Shown here in pieces: positions 11,470 through 21,980 of a stretch of DNA of 35,777 nucleotides. The notes beneath the pieces are model-generated. The model saw only the letters and a list, made by a program, of their open reading frames with translations, had not been told where the DNA came from and did no database searches. Each line of letters begins with the position of its first letter. Positions within the stretch are counted from its first letter, which is position 1. Source of the DNA: Macrostomum lignano (Eukaryota); the NCBI GenBank assembly GCA_002269645.1, contig NIVC01003741.1, positions 1 to 35,777 of the forward strand, written 5' to 3'. Made by a program: the position numbers and the translations under genes.

Positions 11470-12470
11470 GATGTTGTTTTTTGCCATTTTGTTGTGGTTT
11501 TCGTCATTCTGTATAGTTGATGTTGTTTTTTGCCATTTTGTTGTGGTTTTCGTCATTCTGTATAGTTGATGTTGTTTTTTGCCATTTTGTTGTGGTTTTC
11601 GTCATTCTGTATAGTTGATGTTGTTTTTTGCCATTTTGTTGTGGTTTTCGTCATTCTGTATAGTTGATGTTGTTTTTTGCCATTTTGTTGTGGTTTTCGT
11701 CATTCTGTATAGTTGATGTTGTTTTTTGCCATTTTGTTGTGGTTTTCGTCATTCTGTATAGTTGATGTTGTTTTTTGCCATTTGTTGTGGTTTTCGTCAT
11801 TCTGTATAGTTGATGTTGTTTTTTGCCATTTTGTTGTGGTTTTCGTCATTCTGTATAGTTGATGTTGTTTTTTGCCATTTTGTTGTGGTTTTCGTCATTC
11901 TGTATAGTTGATGTTGTTTTTTTGCCATTTTGTTGTGGTTTTCGTCATTCTGTATAGTTGATGTTGTTTTTTGCCATTTTGTTGTGGTTTTCGTCATTCT
12001 GTATAGTTGATGTTGTTTTTTGCCATTTTGTTGTGGTTTTCGTCATTCTGTATAGTTGATGTTGTTTTTTGCCATTTTGTTGTGGTTTTCGTCATTCTGT
12101 ATAGTTGATGTTGTTTTTTTGCCATTTTGTTGTGGTTTTCGTCATTCTGTATAGTTGATGTTGTTTTTTGCCATTTTGTTGTGGTTTTCGTCATTCTGTA
12201 TAGTTGATGTTGTTTTTGCCATTTTGTTGTGGTTTTCGTCATTCTGTATAGTTGATGTTGTTTTTTGCCATTTTGTTGTGGTTTTCGTCATTCTGTATAG
12301 TTGATGTTGTTTTTTGCCATTTTGTTGTGGTTTTCGTCATTCTGTATAGTTGATGTTGTTTTTTGCCATTTTGTTGTGGTTTTCGTCATTCTGTATAGTT
12401 GATGTTGTTTTTCATTTTGTTGTTGTCGATGTTGTTTTTTGCCATTTTGTTGTTGTTGATGTTGTTGTTA
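11470..12470. repeat. 49-bp intergenic minisatellite GTTGATGTTGTTTTTTGCCATTTTGTTGTGGTTTTCGTCATTCTGTATA, about 19 near-identical copies
   Basis: Period 49 (e.g. 11521 vs 11570); copies vary only in T-run length and the array decays into GTT repeats at both ends. Confidence 0.97.
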
Positions 12471-12677
12471 CTACTATTGTTGATTTGATATTATAACTTT
12501 TACTGGTATAGTGACAGAAGCTAATTAAGATCAATATCAAACTGAACGTAAAACGTAATTCTATTTTTAAGACAATTAAAATGTTAAAATGGACGGTAAA
12601 AAAGGTCCTTGATAAATGTCAGTAACACATTAATTCACAACAGAGTCGTTCGCATAATTGCTATTTTGCTAAGCAGT

Positions 12678-14274
12678 TCAATACTGCCGCACATCCTGCT
12701 GCAAATGTCGATCCCGTTCGGTCTCCTGATCGCTCAGGTCGGCCTCGGCTGCAGCGGCTGCAGCGGCGCCCCAACCGCCTCGACTGCCCTGACCCAGACT
12801 GACCGGCTGGTCCACGGATGCCACGCCAGCAACTGCATCGAATCCTCCTCTAGAAGCCGGGACGCCCCGATTCTAACGGAAGGGAATTGATGGAGCAAAA
12901 TAAGGATGGCTCAGTTAATGTCTGATCAGCACTTTCCCTTTCAGCTTTGTTTGACCTCTGACAGTGATTCCCCTCGGAGCTGTGACATCTGACAGCAATT
13001 CCCCTCGGAGCTTTGACATCTGACAGCAATTCCCCTCGGAGCTTTGACATCTGACACCAATTCCCCTCGGAGCTTTGACATCTGACAGCAATTCCCCTCG
13101 GAGCTTTGAAATCTGACAGCAATTCCCCTCTGAGCTTTGAAATCTGACAGCAATTCCCCTCTGAGCTTTGACATCTGACAGCAATTCCCCTCGAGCTTTG
13201 ACATCTGACACCAATTCCCTCGGAGATTTGACATCTGACAGCAATTCCCGTCGGAGAGTCGGAGATTTGACATCTGACAGCTCCCGTCGGAGCTTTGACA
13301 TCTGACACCAATTCCCCTCGGAGATTTGACATCTGACAGCAATTCCCGTCGGAGCTTTGACATCTGACAGCAATTCCCTCGGAGCTTCGACATCCGACAG
13401 CGATTCCCCTCGGAGCTGTGACATCTGACAGCAATTCCCCTCGGAGCTTTGACATCTGACAGCAATTCCCTCAAAGCTTTGACATCTGACAGCAATTCCC
13501 CTCGGAGCTTTGACATCTGACACCAATTCCCCTCGGAGATTTGACATCTGACAGCGATTCCCTCGGAGATTTGACATCTGACAGTGATTCCCTCGGAGCT
13601 TTGACATCTGACACCAATTCCCCTCGGAGATTTGACATCTGACAGCAATTCCCCTCGGAGCTTTGACATCTGACAGCAATTCCCGTCGGAGCTTTGACAT
13701 CTGACAGCAATTCCCCTCGGAGCTTTGACATCTGACAGCAATTCCCCTCGGAGCTTTGACATCTGACAGCAATTCCCTCGGAGCTTTGACATCTGACAGC
13801 AATTCCCGTCAGAGCTTTGACATCTGACAGCAATTCCCTCGGAGTTTGATAGCAATTTAAATTTTCATTTCCTTTAGCAACTGAAGCCCTTTCGTAACTT
13901 TCATAACTCACAGAACTGGCAGATCCGGTCGAATCGCGATGCTCTCTAGTCGACCGCTTCTGTTTAGACGCGCCAGAACGGCCGGTGCCGCCGCCCCAAG
14001 ACGGCCTGCGAGGCCCGGTGACCTGGGAGGCGCTTTCAATATCCGTCACCTCCGTCATCGTAGCGTTGGTGCGGCCCGTGTTCGGAGCTGCGACTGTCGG
14101 GGTGTCACATAACACACATATTATATGCAGATTTTTTAAAAAGGGCAGACAGACAGAAAGACAGACAGACAGGCAGACAGACAGACAGGCAGGCAGACAG
14201 GCAGGCAGGCAGACAGACAGACAGACAGACAGACAGGCAGACAGACAGGCAGACAGACAGGAAGACAGACAGAA

Positions 14275-14311
<37 letters not shown>

Positions 14312-14352
14312 GGCAGGCAGACAGGCAGGCAGACAGGCAGGAAGACAGACAC

Positions 14353-14419
<67 letters not shown>

Positions 14420-17400
14420 CACAGACAGACAAACACAGACAGGCAGACAGACAGACAGGCAGACAGACAGACAGACAGGCAGACAGACAGACAGACAGGC
14501 AGACAGACAGACAGACAGACAGGCAGGCAGGCAGACAGACAGGCAGACAGGCAGACAGACAGGCAGACAGGCAGACATACAGGCAGACAGACAGACAGAC
14601 AGACAGGCAGACAGACAGGCAGACAGACAGGCAGACAGGCACTTACACGGCTCCAAGTCATCGTCAAGCGTGTCGGCGCGAGCTTCGCGACCATCCGCAG
14701 CAAAAGCGTCGCCTTCGCCGCTGCTGTCGCCAGAAGGTGGAAGGAATCCAAATCCGCCGCCCACACCGCCGCCGACGCCGCCAGCGTCTCGAGCCGAGTC
14801 CGTTCGCGAGGTGACAGCGGCCATGGCGGGGCTTCCTCGTCGGAGTTGATCATGGCGAAGCAGCGGCCGCAGAAGGTCATGCGAACCTGCGGCTCGGGCC
14901 ATCAGGCTGGCCAGTGCCGGCCCGCTGGCGGCTGGTGGCCACGGCTCTGCCACGCCGGCGCTGCGGCGGGAGACGCGAACGCCTTCGGCGGCCAGAGCGT
15001 CGGCGTCCTCTGAATGATTGCAGCGGTTTTTAGTTGCAACGTTCAGGGTATATTTGTAACAGAAGCCAGCTTAGTCTTAGCAACAGAATCCCAATCTATG
15101 GCAACGCAAGCTACACCCTTAGCAACGGAATCCCAATCCATAGCAAAGCAAGCTACACCCTTAGCAACAGAATCCCAATCCATAGCAACGTAAGCTACAC
15201 TCTTAGCAACAGTCATCATGGCAACGCAAGCTACACTCTTAGCAACAGTATTCAAAATCATGGCAACACAAGCTACACCCTTAGCAACAGTATCCCGACC
15301 CATGACAACGCAAGCTAAACCCTTAGCAACAGTATCCCGACCCATGACAACGCAAGCTACACCCTTAGCAACAGTATCCCGACCCATGACAACGCAAGCT
15401 ACACCTTAGCAACAGTATCCCGACCCATGACAACGCAAGCTACATCCTTAGCAACAGTATCCCGATCCATGACAACGCAAGCTACATACTTAGCAACAGT
15501 ATCCTGACCCATGAAAACGCAAGCTAAACCCTTAGCAACAGTATCCCGACCCATGACAACGCAAGCTACACCCTTAGCAACAGTATCCCGACCCATGACA
15601 ACGCAAGCTACACCCTTAGCAACAGTATCCCGACCCATGACAACGCAAGCTACATCCTTAGCAACAGTATCCCGATCCATGACAACGCAAGCTACATCCT
15701 TAGCAACAGTATCCCGACCCATGACAACGCAAGCTACATCCTTAGCAACAGTATCCCGACCCATGACAACGCAAGCTACACCCTTAGCAACAGTATCCCG
15801 ATCCATGACAACGCAAGCTACATCCTTAGCAACAGTATCCCGACCCATGACAACGCAAGCTACATCCTTAGCAACAGTATCCCGACCCATGACAACGCTA
15901 GCTACACCCTTAGCAACATAATCCCGACACATTGCAACACAAGCTACAGCCTTAGCAACGAATCCTGAACCATAGCAACGCAAGCTACACCCTTAGCAAC
16001 AGTATCCCGATCCATAGAAACGCAACCAGACGCTTTAGCAACAGAACTTCAACATATAGCAACAGACGCTAAGGCCTCGGCAACAACAACTAAAAAAAGT
16101 TTGAAAGAATAAAACCAGACTGAGAAAAAACACCACAATTAGTAAACGCGCACCCATAAGCAGAACTCCATCAGCTTCAAAGTCGTCCTCATCAGCTCCG
16201 CTACCAATCGCTGAGTCTGTCGATTTGCCAGCAGCGGCAGCAGTAGTACTAGTCTCGGCTAACTGTCTCATTCGAGCTTCTCTAGCAGCTTGTCTAGCAG
16301 CCATAGCACTTCGATGCCGAGATCCTCTAGCAGAGAGTACAGCATCTGTGTCTCCGACACTGGAACCCTGATCTTTGTCAGCAGCGCCAGAGTTCGCATC
16401 TGGTGCTCCTCTAGCCAGACGGAATTCCGATCCGAGAATATCAGCTTCCGCCTCGGCTACTGCCGTCGCCGTTGTCGGCGCTTCAGCCGCAGAGGCAGCC
16501 TCCCCGGCTGACCATAAATAGTTGTTGCCAGCCGTAGCTGAGTTAAACGGGTCCGGCTGGGTCAGGGAGGCGCGAGGCTGCTTCTGCTGATGGCGCTGTC
16601 GCTGAATAGGTAGATTTGGGGCGATTCTCATAGGTAGGTTTGGAGCTATTCTCACAAGTAGATTTAGGGCGATTCTTACAGGTAGAGTTGGGGCGATTCT
16701 CATATGTAGATTTTAGGCGATTTTCACAGGTAGATTTGGGGCGATTCTCACAGGTAGATTTGGAGCGATTCTCATAGGTAGATTTGGGGCGATTCTCATA
16801 GGTAGATTTGGGGCGATTCTCACAGGTAGATTTGGGGCGATTCTCACAGGTAGATTTGGAGCGATTCTCATAGGTAGATTTGGGGCGATTCTCATAGGTA
16901 GATTTGGGGCGATTCTCACAGGTAGATTTGGGGCGATTCTCACAGGTCAGAGTTGGGGCGATTCTCACAGGTCAGAGTTGGGCGATTCTCACAGGTCAGA
17001 GTTGGGGCGATTCTTAGAGGTAGAGTTGGGGCGACTATCACAGGTAGATTTGGGGCGATTCTCACAGGTAGGTTTGGAGCGATTCCCACAAGTAGATTTA
17101 GGGCGATTCTTACAGGTAGAGTTGGGGCGATTCTCACAGGTAGAGTTGTGGCGATTCTTAAAGGGTAGAGTTGGGGCGATTCTCACAGGTAGATTTGGGG
17201 CGATTCTCACAGGTAGATTTGGGGCGATTCTTACAGGTTGATTTGGGGCGATACTAACAGGTTGATTTGGGGCGATTCTCACAGGTTGATTTGGGGCGAT
17301 TCTCACAGGTTGATTTGGGGCGATTCTCACAGGTATATTTGGAGCGATTCTCACAGGTTGATTTGGGGCGATTCTCACAGGTAGGTTTGGAGCGATACTC

Positions 17401-17908
17401 ACAAGTAGATTTAGGGCGATTCTTACAGGTAGAGTTGGGGCGATTCTCACAGGTAGATTTGGGGTGATTCTCACAGGTAGATTTGGGGCGATTCTCATAG
17501 ATAGACTCTCACCTCAAAAGCGCTATAATCAGCCATAGAGGCGGCCACATTGCCGGAGCTGGACTTTCTCATGCCGCCAGGCTTGCTACTACTAGTAGTC
17601 AGCCAAGGTTTATCATAGGATCTGGTGCCGCTCGAAGCGCCGACGCCTACAGTAGCCGACATCGATTTCGCCGGCGCCGCAGTCGACGGCCTGAGAGGCG
17701 CCGACATGGCCGGAGACGCGCTGAATTCCGACCCCTGTTTTAAAAGTCCCCGATCAGAGGCCTTGCGCTGCAGTGAACGCATCAGATGAAGCAGGGGTTC
17801 CTGCGGTTGATCGCGAATTAAACTAGCCATTAATTCTTCGAATAGGGCGCCAACTCGATGGTGTTGAAGGTAGGCTTGCGCACTGGATTGTCTGACCGCT
17901 GAGCTCAT
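12678..17908 (-). CDS. C8orf34: C8orf34-like protein with an N-terminal RIIa/dimerisation-docking domain; exons 17908-17513, 16601-16154, 15009-14647, 14093-13912, 12872-12678; about 527 aa
   Basis: [65 protein letters not shown] and DIESASQVTGP match my recollection of human C8orf34 ([78 protein letters not shown]). All four introns are GT-AG with compatible phases 0,1,1,0; TGA at 12680-12678. Confidence 0.9.
12950..13850. repeat. 31-bp minisatellite GGAGCTTTGACATCTGACAGCAATTCCCCTC, about 29 copies, in C8orf34 intron 4
   Basis: Period 31 (12991 vs 13022), with 30-bp variants at the C-run. Confidence 0.97.
14144..14640. repeat. Compound (CAGA)n/(CAGG)n microsatellite in C8orf34 intron 3
   Basis: About 125 tetramers; starts immediately after the GTAAGT donor on the minus strand. 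Confidence 0.98.
15075..16020. repeat. 42-bp minisatellite CTTAGCAACAGTATCCCGACCCATGACAACGCAAGCTACACC, about 22 copies, in C8orf34 intron 2
   Basis: Direct periodicity; translates to (MTTQATPLATVSRP)n; flanking copies are degenerate. Confidence 0.97.
16607..17497. repeat. 24-bp minisatellite GGGGCGATTCTCACAGGTAGATTT, about 37 copies, filling C8orf34 intron 1
   Basis: Direct periodicity; translates to (MRIAPNLP)n; shares the core GGGGCGATTCTCA with the 25-bp satellite. Confidence 0.97.
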
Positions 17909-18089
17909 TGTCGGTTGTTATGGTTTATGATTGTATAGGCAAGCTGAAAGTTATTTATTAATGATCAACATATTGAATTTGATTTCAATAGTCATACAGT
18001 ATTAGAATTTTTTTAAATCCAGTTTTCACACCTCAAGATGTAGCAAAAGAGCGATAATAAAACTTAAACCCCACCTCTTTAATTAGCAA

Positions 18090-20330
18090 CGCAGCTATAA
18101 TCATAAAACTTCCTCCTCCCCATATCTTCACACACCTGTACAATTAGCCTCAAAGCTATAATCATAAAACTTCGACCAACCCATATTTTCACACACCTGT
18201 ACAATTACCCTCAAAGCTATAATCATAAAACTTCGACCAACCCATATTTTCACACACCTGTACAATTAGCCTCAAAGCTATAATCATAAAACTTCATCCT
18301 CCCCATATTTTCACACACCTGTACAATTAGCCTCAAAGCTATAATCATAAAACTTCATCCTCCCCATATTTTCACACACCTGTACAATTAGCCTCAAAGC
18401 TATAATCATAAAACTTCGACCAACCCATATTTTCACACACCTGTATAATCAGCGTCAAAGCTATAATCATAAAACTTCGACCAAACCATATTTTCACACA
18501 CCTGTACAATCAGCCTCAAAGCTACAATCATAAAACTTCGACCAACCCATATTTTCACACACCTGTACAATTAGCCTCAAAGCTACAATCATAAAACTTC
18601 GACCAAACCATATTTTCACACACCTGTACAATCAGCCTCAAAGCTACAATCATAAAACTTCGACCAACCCATATTTTCACACACCTGTACAATTAGCCTC
18701 AAAGCTATAATCATAAAACTTCGACCAACCCATATTTTCACACACCTGTACAATTACCCTCAAAGCTATAATCATAAAACTTCGACCAACCCATATTTTC
18801 ACACACCTGTACAATTAGTCTCAAAGCTATAATCATAAAACTTCGACCAACCCATATTTTCACACACCTGTACATTTAGCCTCAAAGCTATAATCATAAA
18901 ACTTCGACCAACCCATATTTTCACACACCTGTACATTTAGCCTCAAAGCTATAATCATAAAACTTCGACCAAACCATATTTTCACACACCTGTACAATTA
19001 GCCTCAAAGCTATAATCATAAAACTTCGACCAACCCATATTTTCACACACCTGTACAATTAGCCTCAAAGCTATAATCATAAAACTTCATCATCCCCATA
19101 TTTTCACACACCTGTACAATTAGTCTTAAAGCTATAATCATAAAACTTCGACCAACCCATATTTTCACACACCTGTACAATTAGTCTTAAAGCTATAATC
19201 ATAAAACTTCGACCAACCCATATTTTCACACACCTGTATAATTAGCCTCAAAGCTATAATCATAAAACTTCAATCAACCCATATTTTCACACACCTGTAC
19301 AATTAGCCTCAAAGCTATAATCATAAAACTTCGACCAACCCATATTTTCACACACCTGTACAATTAGCCTCAAAGCTATAATCATAAAACTTCGACCAAC
19401 CCATATTTTCACACACCTGTATAATCAGCGTCAAAGCTATAATCATAAAACTTCGACCAAACCATATTTTCACACACCTGTACAATCAGCCTCAAAGCTA
19501 CAATCATAAAACTTCGACCAACCCATATTTTCACACACCTGTACAATTAGCCTCAAAGCTACAATCATAAAACTTCGACCAAACCATATTTTCACACACC
19601 TGTACAATCAGCCTCAAAGCTACAATCATAAAACTTCGACCAACCCATATTTTCACACACCTGTACAATTAGCCTCAAAGCTATAATCATAAAACTTCAT
19701 CCTCCCCATATTTTCACACACCTGTACAATTACCTTCAAAGCTATAATCATAAAACTTCGACCAACCCATATTTTCACACACCTGTACAATTAGTCTCAA
19801 AGCTATAATCATAAAACTTCGACCAACCCATATTTTCACACACCTGTACATTTAGCCTCAAAGCTATAATCATAAAACTTCGACCAACCCATATCTTCAC
19901 ACACCTGTACAATTAGCCTCAAAGCTATAATCATAAAACTTCGACCAACTCATATTTTCACACACCTGTACATTTAGCCTCAAAGCTATAATCATAAAAC
20001 TTCAATCAACCCATATTTTCACACACATGTACAATTAGCCTCAAAGCTATAATCATAAAACTTCGACCAACCCATATTTTCACACACCTGTACATTTAGC
20101 CTCAAAGCTATAATCATAAAACTTCGACCAACCCATATTTTCACACACCTGTACATTTAGCCTCAAAGCTATAATCATAAAACTTCGACCAACCCATATT
20201 TTCACACACCTGTACATTTAGCCTCAAAGCTATAATCATAAAACTTCGACCAACCATATCTTCACACACCTGTACATTTAGCCTTTAAAGCTATAATCAT
20301 AAAACTCCCCCCCATATTTTCACACACCAT
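18090..20330. repeat. 61-bp intergenic satellite CAAAGCTATAATCATAAAACTTCGACCAACCCATATTTTCACACACCTGTACAATTAGCCT, about 36 copies
   Basis: Shifts by one base per 60-nt line; very homogeneous. Confidence 0.98.
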
Positions 20331-20904
20331 ATTTTCTCCTCCAACGGAGAAGTTCCACTCGTAAAGACTAAGTCTGCAGCAATCTTAGTTTTGAAACCAA
20401 AACTACGCCCGTCAATTAATTTTAAATAACTAACAACACAAACAAAACAGGTGATAACACGAACAATAAAAACGAAGCAAACGATACGCTTGTATAATTT
20501 TTATTGCTAGGAGAAAAACGATTTTTTATCAACCGAGAAGACAAAAACGTACGCGGGAATAGAAATGAACTTTTTTTCTATATTACGATTATTTTAACAG
20601 ACTAACAACATTGAATCTGCTCAAAAAGTGATAAAAGAGGAAAACTTTTAAACGCGAACTGCAAAAAACGTACGCAACGAAACGCACAGAAAAATTATCG
20701 CATAATACTAAAAACCGAACAAAACATTTGGAGATTGCGTTCAACAGATGATGCGGCATAATATAGGCAAACACAAAATAATACGACAACTGTTAGTTAA
20801 AACACTGAAGCTCAGTATGCATTCATATTTGAAATTAGGCACTTATAAATTGATAAATTGCCTAATTATCAAACCTGCATGTGCCATTATGAAAGTGTGA
20901 TGGT

Positions 20905-21210
20905 TTAGCAACTGAGGATTTCAGAGGCTGGCTCAGCAACTGAGGACCAGGGAGGCTGGCCTAGCAACTGAGGACCAGGGAGGCTGGCCCAGCAACTGAG
21001 GATCTGGGAGGCTGGTGGCCCAACAACTGAGGATCTGGGAGGCTGGCTCAGCAACTGAGGACCAGGGAGGCTGGCCTAGCAACTGAGGACCAGGGAGGCT
21101 GGCCCAGCAACTGAGGATCTGGGAGGCTGGTGGCCCAACAACTGAGGATCTGGGAGGCTGGTGGCCCAGCAACTGAGGATCTGGGAGGCTGGTGGCCCAA
21201 TAACTGACGA
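20905..21210. repeat. 28/31-bp minisatellite AGCAACTGAGGA(CCA/TCT)GGGAGGCTGG(TGG)CCC, about 10-11 copies
   Basis: Direct periodicity with a duplicated 4-monomer block. Confidence 0.93.
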
Positions 21211-21674
21211 TCATGGAGGCACAATGACGTCGCACTACTACAGTAGACAGTTTTTTTTACTGGAAAAAAAGTAAAGTAGAAAAATACACATTAGTATCTT
21301 TTATTAAAAAACGCCATACAGAAGTATTGCAGCATACTAACTGTTTTTATAATGCATTGAAAAAAACTTGAGTCATAAAACGCATTGAATTTTTAGTAGA
21401 AAATATTGATTCCAAAGCTGGCTATTAGCTCGAGTGCTATGCATACTATATCAATATTTGATAAATACGGGAAAAATTTAAAACGCAACGCAAAACTATT
21501 TGAAAAAACTTTCGAACCGGGAATTAAAAACTGAAACAAAAAAATATGAGCAGGGAATGACCGAGCGAAAGCATACCGATCCACTCACAAAATCAGTCAG
21601 TAACTTTTATAGTAATATAGTATACTAGAAAAAATATACTAGCTCGCACATAACTGCTTACCTATCGAGCGTTC

Positions 21675-21850
21675 AATCAATCTTCTAGTTTATCAATTCA
21701 TAAATATTCTAGTTTATCAATTTATCAATATTCTAGTGTATCAACTCATAAATAGTCTAGTTTATCAACTCATCAATCATCTAGTCTATCAATTCATAAA
21801 TCTTCTAGTTTATCAACTCATCAATCTTCTAGTTTATCAACTTATTAATC
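21675..21850. repeat. 24-bp AT-rich minisatellite TCTAGTTTATCAATTCATAAATAT, about 7 copies, downstream of the G6PD stop
   Basis: TCTAGT(T/C/G)TATCAA recurs at a 24-bp spacing. Confidence 0.85.
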
Positions 21851-21980
21851 TTAATTTTTAAAAACCATAATCAAAGCGTTTATAACTCATGGATTTAATA
21901 AAATAAAGCGAATAATGAGTTTAGTTTAAATTATTTAGCATTAGCTGGCAATCGTTCAGAAACGGAAGGCTTCTTTTTCA

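Noticed and set aside
13471-15013. Long ORFs of 469, 342 and 282 aa spanning 13.5-15 kb
   Set aside because: They read through the CAGA microsatellite or the 31-bp array; only the exon portions are credible.
15399-15983. Mucin-like (TTQATPLATVSRPM)n ORF and its antisense ORF
   Set aside because: A 42-bp unit is a multiple of three, so open frames arise trivially; it is interrupted by frameshifts and lies inside a well-defined intron.
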